NCBI GenBank assembly: GCA_965205605.1
Contig: CBDBHE010000006.1
Coordinates: 32,001-96,000, forward strand
Direction of reading: 5' to 3'
From: Spirochaetota bacterium
Lineage (GTDB): Bacteria; Spirochaetota; UBA12135; COTS27; CBDBHE01
Length of the DNA: 64,000 nucleotides
Positions 40,728-49,970 of the stretch are shown here, piece by piece. The notes beneath the pieces are model-generated. The model did no database searches, was not told where the DNA came from, and was given only the letters and a program-made list of their open reading frames with translations. The translations under genes and the position numbers were made by a program. Position 1 is the first letter of the stretch. Every line of letters begins with the position of its first letter.

Positions 40728-42161
40728 ATGAAATATGTCGGCTTTATCTTAGACCTTTTTCGAGATAATCGGTATGCAGACTTTAATGAAGATTTGCGTC
40801 ATTTTTATCAAAAAATTAATATCACAGAGATTAAAGTTGTAAATAATCTTAATCAACCTTTGCTTTCTTTTTTATATAAGCATTCGCAAGGGTTTGATGC
40901 GATTGTGATGGTGCATAGTGATAGTGAATTTTATAATGTTGGGGAAAACCAAAGGCTTTTGAGTAATTTTGAAAAATATGGTTGTGATATTGGTTTTGGG
41001 GATGATTTCCCAAAAGGGATTGTAGGAGAAGTCGTTCGAAGAGATGCTTTGTCTGTTTTAGAAAATTTGCGTGTTGAAAAAGGGCTTAAAGAAGAAAGAA
41101 ATTTGATTCATAATCTCATTCATATTGATGTGAATATGTTTGATTTAGAAAACTTATATGCAGAAATTAATTTACATACTTTAAGATTATCTTTTTTTAG
41201 TGATAACCAGCAGGATGCTTTTGTAATCAAAAAAATTAAATCAATACTTCCTTATAAAAAAGGAGACTGCTTCAATTTTTCTTTTACAGAGATGGCACAA
41301 TCTATTATAAATCATCGGCATCACTTGCGTACCATAAGCAAATATTTTGAAGTTGAAATTTCTAATCAATGTGAACAAGCATGTGTTTTTTGTCCTAAAA
41401 CACACCTTCCTAAACAAGAAGCGATTTTTATGAGTTTTGATGATTATAAAGTCATTTTGGAAAAAATCTCTTCTTTTTCTGATAACCCTACTATTAATTT
41501 TACAGGGATGGGCGAAGCGTTAAAAAATAAAGATTTTTTGACTATCTTAAAAGATACCTTAGCTAAAAACATTGCTTGTTTTTGGGAAACATCGGCTTGT
41601 GAATTAACCTCAGAAATAGCTGATGAAATCCTTTCTTTTGAAAATCAAGAAAAATTGTTAACCATTATTTTTTCTATTGATGCGGTTGATGAAACTCTTT
41701 ATAAAAAGCTTAGACCTTCTAAGCATTCTTTTAAAGAAACTTTGGAAAATATTGAATATGTTCTTCTTCGAAAAAGAGACAATGCGTATGTTCAAGCAGT
41801 TAAGATGAAAGACAATTTTGAACATTTAGTGACTTATCATCATTATTTTAAGCGTTACACGAATAATATTATTATTCAAAAATACAATGGTTATAAAGGT
41901 TTTCTAGAAGAAAGACGACTCAATCCTATGGAGCCTTTTGAAGCCATTGGTTGTTGGCATTTGAAGCGAGAGATGGTGGTTGATGTTAGAGGAGATGTGT
42001 ATGTGTGTAAGCAAGATATTAAAAAAGAACATTGTTTGGGAAATTTAAAAACAGAGCCAATACAAGCTATTTTTGATAAAGGGCAATCTTATTTTGAAAA
42101 ACATCTTAAAAAATGGGATTTTTGTAAAAATTGTGATGAATATTACACTTATAATCTTTAA
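40728..42161 (+). CDS. Spiro-SPASM radical SAM protein
   Basis: N-terminal cytidylyltransferase-like region (GDDFPKGIVGE), CEQACVFC (CxxxCxxC), C-terminal CWHLKREM...VCKQD...CKNCDEYYTYN; matches the TIGR04321 architecture. Confidence 0.85.
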   Translation: MKYVGFILDLFRDNRYADFNEDLRHFYQKINITEIKVVNNLNQPLLSFLYKHSQGFDAIVMVHSDSEFYNVGENQRLLSNFEKYGCDIGFGDDFPKGIVGEVVRRDALSVLENLRVEKGLKEERNLIHNLIHIDVNMFDLENLYAEINLHTLRLSFFSDNQQDAFVIKKIKSILPYKKGDCFNFSFTEMAQSIINHRHHLRTISKYFEVEISNQCEQACVFCPKTHLPKQEAIFMSFDDYKVILEKISSFSDNPTINFTGMGEALKNKDFLTILKDTLAKNIACFWETSACELTSEIADEILSFENQEKLLTIIFSIDAVDETLYKKLRPSKHSFKETLENIEYVLLRKRDNAYVQAVKMKDNFEHLVTYHHYFKRYTNNIIIQKYNGYKGFLEERRLNPMEPFEAIGCWHLKREMVVDVRGDVYVCKQDIKKEHCLGNLKTEPIQAIFDKGQSYFEKHLKKWDFCKNCDEYYTYNL

Positions 42162-42255
42162 ATTTTCATTTTTTCTATAAGTTTTCTTATTTTTTTTTGA
42201 TAGGCTATGTTTTTAAAAAACCTATACCGAAAATTATAAGGTAATTATCTTTATA

Positions 42256-42996
42256 ATGGTTCGCTTTATGCATCGATTTATTTTTATAGCTTTAATAATT
42301 TTTTCTTTTCTTTTTTCAAAGACGCCATCAAAAGTGTTTGAAACTCAAACAGCGGTTGTTTCTGATCAAGGAGCCTATGCTTTTGAGTTTAATTTTTATA
42401 ATAATGGAGGGGTTCAAGGGAAGGCTGGTTTGGCGATTAGTTCTTTTTTTGAGCTTGGTGTTATTGAATACATTGATGGGCTTATTGGAAAAGAAAAAGT
42501 TACTTTTAATGTTCCGGGTGTTTTTGCAAAAATTAAATTTACAGATAATGCGGTAGAAAAATGGAATTTTTCTTTTGGGTATGATGCTCTTTATAGTGGT
42601 TCTTTTTCAGAATATGCAGATAAACGTTATGGAGTTTATGGAGTTTTTTCTAAAGGATTCTTTTTTATTTTACCGCTTCCTCATGTTTATAGTGTTGGGA
42701 TTGTTTATCCGGTAGTACCTGATGAAGGTACTTTAAATTTTTATTCTTCTATTATTTCTAGTTTTAATGAAATGTTTTCACTTGGAATTGAGTTGACGAG
42801 CCTTTCTCTTGAAGACAGGAAAAATTATAACTTTATTAACAATTGGTCTTTTAATTTTAATCTTAATGAACAGTTTTCTATCCAATTTACTTTACAACTT
42901 GGAAGTCGAAATGAATACAATGCTCAAGATTCTTTAGAAAAAACGATTATAGACTATAGTCGAAATGTTCGTTTAGTATACGGAAGTTTTTTTTAA
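42256..42996 (+). CDS. Putative small outer-membrane beta-barrel protein (YjbH-like)
   Basis: Signal peptide, alternating aromatic/Gly strands, C-terminal VRLVYGSFF. Start may be ATG 42268. Confidence 0.6.
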   Translation: MVRFMHRFIFIALIIFSFLFSKTPSKVFETQTAVVSDQGAYAFEFNFYNNGGVQGKAGLAISSFFELGVIEYIDGLIGKEKVTFNVPGVFAKIKFTDNAVEKWNFSFGYDALYSGSFSEYADKRYGVYGVFSKGFFFILPLPHVYSVGIVYPVVPDEGTLNFYSSIISSFNEMFSLGIELTSLSLEDRKNYNFINNWSFNFNLNEQFSIQFTLQLGSRNEYNAQDSLEKTIIDYSRNVRLVYGSFF

Positions 42997-43114
42997 ATTA
43001 AATCTTAAACAGCTACAGCCGTTAGTTAATATCTTAAAAAAAAGCTAGATCGATCAATAAAGATTAATTTCTAATGATATAGATAAGGACTAAACGAATA
43101 AAAAAATTGATTTT

Positions 43115-43732
43115 TTACCTAGAATAAAACTCAATAATTAAAGATTCATTCAATTCAAAAGGATAATAAATATCTTCTCTTTCAGGCAGGCGATCTAATT
43201 TACCGCTAATTTTTTGAGAATCAAGTGTTAAATAAAGAGGAACTTCTCTTTCTGGATGCTCAAGATGAGTTTTAATAAGAGGGATTTCTTTTGATTTGCC
43301 TTTAATACGTATAACGTCATCTTTTTTAACAAGATATGAACAAATATTAATTTTTTTTTCATTAACCAAAATATGTCCATGAGAAACAATTTGTTTCGCT
43401 GCAAAAATAGTTGGAACCAAGTTCATCCGGTAAACAATCACATCAAGTCTTTTTTCTAAAAGAAGAATGAAATTATTCCCTATATTACCACCTTTTTGTT
43501 TTGCTTTTTTGTAATAGTGATTAAATTGATGTTCGCGTATACTACCATAAAAAAACTTTAATTTTTGTTTTTCATCAAGACGTAAACCATATTCTGATTT
43601 TTTTCGGGTTCTTTTTTGAAAACTACCCCCACCACTTTCTTTTTTTTTTGCTAAAGGGTCTCGTGGCCGTCCCCAAAGGTTTACTCGAAACCTTTTTGCA
43701 ATTTTATTTTTAGGGCCAAAATTTGAAGACAT
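43115..43732 (-). CDS. rpsD: 30S ribosomal protein S4 (zinc-free form, stand-alone gene)
   Basis: SEYGLRLDEKQKLK, LLEKRLD, QIVSHGH, IIEFYSR. Confidence 0.97.
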   Translation of the reverse strand: MSSNFGPKNKIAKRFRVNLWGRPRDPLAKKKESGGGSFQKRTRKKSEYGLRLDEKQKLKFFYGSIREHQFNHYYKKAKQKGGNIGNNFILLLEKRLDVIVYRMNLVPTIFAAKQIVSHGHILVNEKKINICSYLVKKDDVIRIKGKSKEIPLIKTHLEHPEREVPLYLTLDSQKISGKLDRLPEREDIYYPFELNESLIIEFYSR

Positions 43733-43748
43733 CGTTAATAAGTATTTT

Positions 43749-43778
43749 ATTATAAGGTTAAAATTATTTTCAAGTCAA
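43749..43778 (-). promoter_or_regulatory. Sigma70 promoter of rpsD
   Basis: TTGACT-N18-TATAAT on the minus strand, 16 nt upstream of the ATG. Confidence 0.55.
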
Positions 43779-43833
43779 TTTTTGTTAAAGTTTTATTTTC
43801 TTTTGTCAATTAATACAAGCTTAAAGCTGATGA

Positions 43834-43842
43834 TGCTATAAT
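43834..43842 (+). promoter_or_regulatory. Extended -10 promoter of the DEAD-box helicase gene
   Basis: Perfect TGCTATAAT. Confidence 0.5.
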
Positions 43843-43938
43843 CATAAACACTCTTTTAAGCAATTCTTTTCTGTTTTCAATGTCACTTTTTCATTTAAAC
43901 CAATTAATTTTGTTGCTTTAAATATTTAACTTCAAAAA

Positions 43939-45264
43939 ATGTTCAAGTGGTTTAAAACTTTATCTTTATTTAATCATCACCAACACTTTTCAGAAGAGCA
44001 AAAAGAAAAGATTGAAGTTTTTAAAAATCAAATTCTTCAAAGTATTAATTCTTCTAAAAACCATGTTCCTAAAGAGATGTCTTTAAACTTTGTTTCAAAA
44101 AAAGATACAACTGAAACTAAAGAAGATAAAACTAAAACTAAAAATTCTTTTTTATCTTCTTATCGTTTTGAAGAATTATTTTTAAAAAAAGAAATTATTA
44201 TTCGTCTTCGTCATTTAAATTTTATATCTCCAACAGAAGTACAAGAAAAAGTCCTTCCTTTGGCTTTAGAAGGGAAAAATATTTTATGTTCATCAGAGAC
44301 AGGTTCTGGGAAAACGTTAGCGTTTGTTTTGCCAATGATTCAACAATTAATAGAACAAAAAATTTCCCAAGGGTTGATTATTGTCCCAACAAGAGAAATT
44401 GCCATTCAAATCGAATCACTCTTAGAGAATTTTTTAAAAGAATTTAGCTTTAGATCTGTTCTCCTTATAGGCGGGGTAAATATTAAAGAACAAAAGCTTG
44501 TTCTTAAAAATTATCCTCAAATTATAGTAGCAACTCCAGGGCGATTACTCGATGTATTAAATACAGGTCTTTTGTGGCTTAAGTACACTCATTTTGTTGT
44601 TTTAGATGAAGCCGACCGAATGCTTGATATGGGGTTTGAAAAAGACTTGATTCGTATTTATCAAGAGCTTCCAGGAAATCAACAAACTCTTTTTTTTACA
44701 GCGACTTTAGTTAAAGGTGTTGAATCTCTTGTTTTAAGATATACAAGAAATTATGAAAAAATTATTATTGGACAAAGACTTGCCGCTGGAAAAAATATTA
44801 AGCATGGATTAATAAAAGTCGATCAAAGAAGTAAAACTAAAATATTAAAAAATATTTTTTCTTTAGAAAAAGAAAAAATGATTGTTTTTTTTAATACCAT
44901 TAAATCCGCCCAAAAATGTTATGCTTTTTTTAAAAACCTTGGTCTTAAAAAAATGGAAGTAATTCACTCTGGGAGAAGTCAAGAAAAAAGAGAAGAGATT
45001 ATTTTTAAATTTAAATCAAATGAAATAAATATTCTTTTTGGGACTGATTTGGCAGCTAGGGGCTTGGATATTGTTAATGTTTCTTTGGTGATAAATTATG
45101 ATATCCCAAGATATTCTGAAGAATACATTCATCGCATTGGTAGGACAGGTCGAGCTGGAAAATCAGGTCGGGCTTATAGTTTTTTTACTCCTCAAGATGG
45201 CAAGAACGTTAAAGCGATCGAATCCATTATTGGTAAAAAACTGCAATTTCTTTCTTTTTGTTAA
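43939..45264 (+). CDS. DEAD-box RNA helicase
   Basis: PTEVQ, TGSGKT, PTRE, TPGR, DEAD, ARGLD, HRIGRTGRAG. Confidence 0.95.
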   Translation: MFKWFKTLSLFNHHQHFSEEQKEKIEVFKNQILQSINSSKNHVPKEMSLNFVSKKDTTETKEDKTKTKNSFLSSYRFEELFLKKEIIIRLRHLNFISPTEVQEKVLPLALEGKNILCSSETGSGKTLAFVLPMIQQLIEQKISQGLIIVPTREIAIQIESLLENFLKEFSFRSVLLIGGVNIKEQKLVLKNYPQIIVATPGRLLDVLNTGLLWLKYTHFVVLDEADRMLDMGFEKDLIRIYQELPGNQQTLFFTATLVKGVESLVLRYTRNYEKIIIGQRLAAGKNIKHGLIKVDQRSKTKILKNIFSLEKEKMIVFFNTIKSAQKCYAFFKNLGLKKMEVIHSGRSQEKREEIIFKFKSNEINILFGTDLAARGLDIVNVSLVINYDIPRYSEEYIHRIGRTGRAGKSGRAYSFFTPQDGKNVKAIESIIGKKLQFLSFC

Positions 45265-45267
45265 GGA

Positions 45268-45296
45268 TTGAATTTTTTTTTTTGAAATGACATAAT
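45268..45296 (+). promoter_or_regulatory. Sigma70 promoter of the flgH-like/amidase pair
   Basis: TTGAAT-N17-CATAAT with TG extension, 12 nt before the ATG. Confidence 0.5.
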
Positions 45297-45308
45297 TATT
45301 AAATAAAT

Positions 45309-45995
45309 ATGAAAATAATCTTTTTAATTATTTTTTTATTGGTTTCTTTTGTTTTTCCACAAGATCTTTGGAAAGAAACAGGAGATATTTTTACCGATCA
45401 AAGGCTCCTTTCTATAGGAGAGATTATTCATATTCATTTTGAAGAAGGTTTGATTATTTCTTACCAGTCTACCCTTAATAAATTAATTCAAAAAAATACT
45501 CAAAGCCCTACAAGTAAAGCTGAAATACTTTCTTTTTTGCCTAGTTTGTCACTAGATAAAAATCAAAGTGCTTCTTCAGAGTTTTCAGCACAATCTTCTC
45601 AAGAATTTAGTGGATCCATTGCAGCTAGAATTGTTAATTACCAAGCCGCTTCAAAAGTCTACACCATTGAAGCCACTCAAAGCATTAATATCGAAGGCAG
45701 TCCACAAACCATTCTTTTACGGGGTTTGATTAGTCGAAAAGATTTGTCAGCTCGTCAAATCTCTTCTAGTAAAATCGCTAACACTCAAATCTTTTTTCAA
45801 GGAAATATCATTAAAGATAAAAAAAAATTTTTAGAAAAAGATTTTATCAATTTGTTTAATGATGAAAAAAATGACAACACTAATGACAAAAATAGTGAAA
45901 ATAAAAGTCAAACTAACACCATCAAATTAGCAACAGATAAAAAAAAACAAATTTTTTTAGATTTTTTTAATCTTTTTTTAAATGAACTTTTTTAA
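45309..45995 (+). CDS. Flagellar L-ring protein FlgH-like
   Basis: IFTDQRLLSIGEIIHIHFEE, FSGSIAARIV, IEATQSINIEG...LRGLISRKDL, ISSSKIANTQIFFQG follow the FlgH pattern; no lipobox Cys. Confidence 0.65.
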   Translation: MKIIFLIIFLLVSFVFPQDLWKETGDIFTDQRLLSIGEIIHIHFEEGLIISYQSTLNKLIQKNTQSPTSKAEILSFLPSLSLDKNQSASSEFSAQSSQEFSGSIAARIVNYQAASKVYTIEATQSINIEGSPQTILLRGLISRKDLSARQISSSKIANTQIFFQGNIIKDKKKFLEKDFINLFNDEKNDNTNDKNSENKSQTNTIKLATDKKKQIFLDFFNLFLNELF

Positions 45996-46000
45996 AAGTA

Positions 46001-47182
46001 ATGTTTTTTTCTTTTGCAAAGAAAATTTTTAAATTTTTTTTTTTTCTTCTTTTCTTATTTTTTTTTTCTTCTCTTTCTTCTTTTTATATCACGCCTTATT
46101 TAGTTAATAAAGGTTACAAGGCGATTTTGCTTCCTCAAGCTCAAGGGATTGAATATGTCAAAAAAGGAATTAAAATCAAAATAAAAGAATATAGCCCTCT
46201 TATAAAAATTAATAAAGCTTATTTTTTTTTTAAGGATTTTCCTCATATCGGCCTAAAAGGGACCGTGTTAAACAAAGAAGATGCTATTTTTTTACAGCAA
46301 ACTCTTTTAGTGTATGAAAAAGAAGTTGAATATAAAAGAAAAAAAATGCTTAAAAGTAAAAAAAAAACACCAGGTATTAAAACAAATACTTTTGATCTTA
46401 GGGCTTCTCCTCCTATTCGTCAATTAAGGCATGGGAGTCAAAAAAATAAAATTGATAAAATTATTTTAGATGCAGGTCATGGAGGACAAGACGTGGGAGC
46501 TTCTTCTTACGGGTTTTTAGAAAAAGATTTGGCTATATTGGTCACTCGGGACTTGAAAAAATCTTTATTAAAACTTGGCTCTAAAGCTAAAATTATTTTG
46601 ATTCGAAATCGCGACCAATATGTTTCTTTAGAAAAACGATGCCACTTAGCTAATCGCTCTCTTGGGCCTTATGAAAATGGGTTATTTGTTAGCATTCATT
46701 TAAACACTTGGTTTAATGAAAAAATAACGGGATTTGAAACATATTACTTGGGTCATAATAAAAAAATTCTTAAAGCAAGAGTGTATGCTCATATTGAAGA
46801 CACCAGTTTTAATATTCAAAAAACAAATCTTTCTTATATGGATCCTTTTAAAATTATTTTTAGTCATCTCGAAGTCATCCAATATCAAAAAGAAAGTCGT
46901 TTTATTGCTAATAAAGTATCTACTTTAGTGCATCAAAAAATTAATGATTATACAGTTAATCGAGGGGTGAAATCAGAGCTTTTTTACGTTTTAAAAGGAG
47001 TTTTAATGCCTTCAATTTTAATTGAAGTCGGCTTTATTTCTAATAAAAACGATCTTGAGTTTATAACCGATGTAAAAAATAGAAGGCGCCTGACAGATAG
47101 TGTTGCTAGTGGTATTATTGAATATGAAAAAGATTTTGAAAAAACAATTGGTTTTTCTCAAAATCTTTTTTTGTTAGAATGA
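46001..47182 (+). CDS. N-acetylmuramoyl-L-alanine amidase (Amidase_3)
   Basis: DAGHGGQD, EKD, SIHLN, LIEVGFISN; signal peptide. Confidence 0.93.
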   Translation: MFFSFAKKIFKFFFFLLFLFFFSSLSSFYITPYLVNKGYKAILLPQAQGIEYVKKGIKIKIKEYSPLIKINKAYFFFKDFPHIGLKGTVLNKEDAIFLQQTLLVYEKEVEYKRKKMLKSKKKTPGIKTNTFDLRASPPIRQLRHGSQKNKIDKIILDAGHGGQDVGASSYGFLEKDLAILVTRDLKKSLLKLGSKAKIILIRNRDQYVSLEKRCHLANRSLGPYENGLFVSIHLNTWFNEKITGFETYYLGHNKKILKARVYAHIEDTSFNIQKTNLSYMDPFKIIFSHLEVIQYQKESRFIANKVSTLVHQKINDYTVNRGVKSELFYVLKGVLMPSILIEVGFISNKNDLEFITDVKNRRRLTDSVASGIIEYEKDFEKTIGFSQNLFLLE

Positions 47183-47190
47183 TTTTTAAA

Positions 47191-48030
47191 TTAATTAGAC
47201 TTAGTTTTTTCTAATTGCTTAGCTCTTTTAAGGGCTGCTTTAACAGCAGAAACAATGATAGTTTCTAATTTATTTTTTTTTAAAATTTCCAGCGCCTTAG
47301 TGGTGGTGCCTTTAGAGGAACTGACTTGTTTTATTAACGACAGGGGAGTCATTTTTTCTTGTTCTTCTAAAAGAGAGCACGTCCCTTTTGAAGTTTTAAT
47401 TGCCAAATCTAAAGAAGTCTTTGCATCAAGTCCACATTGTTGCCCCGCTTTTGATAAGGCTTCTAAAAAAACAGCCACGTAAGCGGGGCCACTTCCTGAT
47501 AGAGCTGTAATAGCATTTATTTTTTCTTCTTTTACTTTGATATAGTTACCAAGTAATTCTAAATAAAAACAAATGATTGATTGATTTTTTTTTTTGAAAT
47601 ATTTATTAAAACAAACTCCCCCAGTGCCTTTACCAATAATAGATGGTAAATTAGGCATCAAACGAGCAATTTGTACCTTTGGATTTGAAAAGCTGTCTTC
47701 TAGTGTTTTTAATTTGATGCCCGCAGCAATGGAGATGAATATTTTATTATGTAAATTAGGAGCTTGTCTGATACTTTCAATGACTTTTGTTATTTCAAAA
47801 GGCTTGACACAAATAAAAATGAGATTACTTTTAGCAACTAATTGTTTTAGATCAGTTGTTAGCTTAAGATTAAGTTTTTTATTAAATTTTTTAAGTGTTT
47901 TTTCATTGACATCATAAAGAACTATTTTTTTAATCTTTCTTTTTTTTTCTATAAAAGATTTGGCAATACCAAAACCCATGTTGCCAACACCAATAACTCC
48001 TATTGTTTTGCCAAATAAATAATTTTTCAA
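47191..48030 (-). CDS. proC: Pyrroline-5-carboxylate reductase
   Basis: IGVGNMG, VKP, ISIAAG, RLMPN, LSGSGPAY, GTT. Confidence 0.95.
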   Translation of the reverse strand: MKNYLFGKTIGVIGVGNMGFGIAKSFIEKKRKIKKIVLYDVNEKTLKKFNKKLNLKLTTDLKQLVAKSNLIFICVKPFEITKVIESIRQAPNLHNKIFISIAAGIKLKTLEDSFSNPKVQIARLMPNLPSIIGKGTGGVCFNKYFKKKNQSIICFYLELLGNYIKVKEEKINAITALSGSGPAYVAVFLEALSKAGQQCGLDAKTSLDLAIKTSKGTCSLLEEQEKMTPLSLIKQVSSSKGTTTKALEILKKNKLETIIVSAVKAALKRAKQLEKTKSN

Positions 48031-48184
48031 TTTTTTTTAAAGAAGAAAACAAACTTTTTTTAAAAAAGGATTTTTCTCTAAAAGTTTCTATAATGCTAAG
48101 ATACTATAATACATTTTTAAAGACAAGAGTTTTTATTAGTCTCTTTTTTGTAAAATAAATCAAATTTAATAGAGTAGTTTTATT

Positions 48185-49966
48185 TTGGCTTTTGATAAAG
48201 AAATCATTGAACAAGTTAGAAGTGTTTGTGATATTGTTGATGTTATTGGTGAGAAAATCACTTTAAAAAAACAAGCTAACCAATATAAAGCGCTTTGTCC
48301 TTTTCATAATGATAAGCATCCTTCTTTGTTGGTTTCAAGACAAAAACAAATTTATAAATGCTTTTCTTGTGGATCAGGAGGAGATGTTTTTAAATTTCTT
48401 ATGGAGTACGAGCATTTGTCTTTTCCAGAAGCGATTAAAGCACTTGCTAGCAAATATAACATTCCCTTACCTAATGAATCTTTTTTAGAAGGCAATAGTA
48501 TTGATCGATTTTTATCCATTAAGGCGATCAATCTTTTTACCACTGATCTCTATCATCAATATCTTTTAAAGCATCAAAAAGCAAAATCAGCTCGAGAATA
48601 CCTTAAGAAAAGAGGACTTAGTAAAAAATCCATTGAAATTTTTAAAATTGGATATGCTCCTGAAGAATGGCATTTTCTTGAAAAATATTTACAGAAAAAA
48701 AAATTTTCTAAAAAAGATATTTTAAATTCAGGTTTATTGGGACTTCGGTCGAAGGATCAAAAAGCTTATGATTTTTTTAGAGATCGAATTATTTTTCCAA
48801 TTTTTAATGAAAAAAGTGAAGTCATCGGTTTTGGAGGAAGACGCCTAAATGAACAAAATGAAATTAAATATTTAAATACCAAAGAAAGTCTTCTTTTTAA
48901 AAAAAGATCAATCCTTTATGGATTTAGTCATGGCTATCATCAAATTTTAAAAGAAAAGCAAGTTTATATTGTAGAAGGTTATTTAGATGTAATCGCTTGT
49001 TATTTAAATAAGATTCCAGCGGTTGCTCCTTTAGGGACGGCTTTGACACGAGAGCACTTGCAAAAGCTTAAGCGATACCTTTTAAAAATTAATCTTTTAT
49101 TTGATGGAGATTTAGCAGGTAAAAAAGCTTTGCTTAAAGCTTGCTTGGAGATGATTAAAAATGAAATGGAAGGCTTTGCGATAGAGCTGCCTACTAATGA
49201 AGATCCGTATACTTTTTTTAAAAAAAATGGAAAACAATCTTTTTTAAATTTTATTAAAGATCATCAAGTTTTAATTGATGATTATATTATCCAAGCTTAT
49301 GTCCCTAAGCAAGGAAATTTTTCTGTGATTGAAAAAAAAAAAACAATTCAACAGTTTAATGATTTTTTATTAGACATTAAGGATTTATTTTTAAGAAAAG
49401 AGCTTAGTAAAAAAATAGCAAAAGTACTTGATGTTGAAGTTAAACTACTGCAAAATCATTCACCTTCTTTTCAGAAAAAACTTACTGTTTGGAAAAAAAA
49501 AACCCAGAAAGACACTTCTTATTTTGCAATTGAAAGAGAAATGATGCTTTTTTTATGTCATCATCCTGTGTTTGTTGATAAAGTTTTAACGATTATTTCT
49601 CTTGATGAAATTAAAGATACGTTGTCAAAAATTATTTTTGAAAAGCTTATTAATATCGAGAATAAAGAAAAAGCAACTTTTAATATGATTTTGGATTTGT
49701 TTGAAAATGAGCGCATTAAAGATTACTTACTAACTAAATTTGCTCAAGAAGATTTTTTTAAACATGATAACCAAGAAGAACAATTAACGGCTTATTTATG
49801 GACTTTAAGAAGAAAAAATATTGATGATGAAGTTAAAAAAATCACCCAAAAAATTTCAGATTGCTTGATTCATGGCAATAAGAATAAGCTAAATGAGCTT
49901 ATTGAAGAGAAGACGCTGCGTATTAAAGAAAGAGAAAATCTTAGGGAATATATTGAAAACAATTAA
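48185..49966 (+). CDS. dnaG: DNA primase
   Basis: CPFH...CFSC zinc finger, FRDRIIFPI, GFGGR, KYLN, EGYLD, FDGD. Confidence 0.97.
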   Translation: MAFDKEIIEQVRSVCDIVDVIGEKITLKKQANQYKALCPFHNDKHPSLLVSRQKQIYKCFSCGSGGDVFKFLMEYEHLSFPEAIKALASKYNIPLPNESFLEGNSIDRFLSIKAINLFTTDLYHQYLLKHQKAKSAREYLKKRGLSKKSIEIFKIGYAPEEWHFLEKYLQKKKFSKKDILNSGLLGLRSKDQKAYDFFRDRIIFPIFNEKSEVIGFGGRRLNEQNEIKYLNTKESLLFKKRSILYGFSHGYHQILKEKQVYIVEGYLDVIACYLNKIPAVAPLGTALTREHLQKLKRYLLKINLLFDGDLAGKKALLKACLEMIKNEMEGFAIELPTNEDPYTFFKKNGKQSFLNFIKDHQVLIDDYIIQAYVPKQGNFSVIEKKKTIQQFNDFLLDIKDLFLRKELSKKIAKVLDVEVKLLQNHSPSFQKKLTVWKKKTQKDTSYFAIEREMMLFLCHHPVFVDKVLTIISLDEIKDTLSKIIFEKLINIENKEKATFNMILDLFENERIKDYLLTKFAQEDFFKHDNQEEQLTAYLWTLRRKNIDDEVKKITQKISDCLIHGNKNKLNELIEEKTLRIKERENLREYIENN

Positions 49967-49970
49967 TTTT

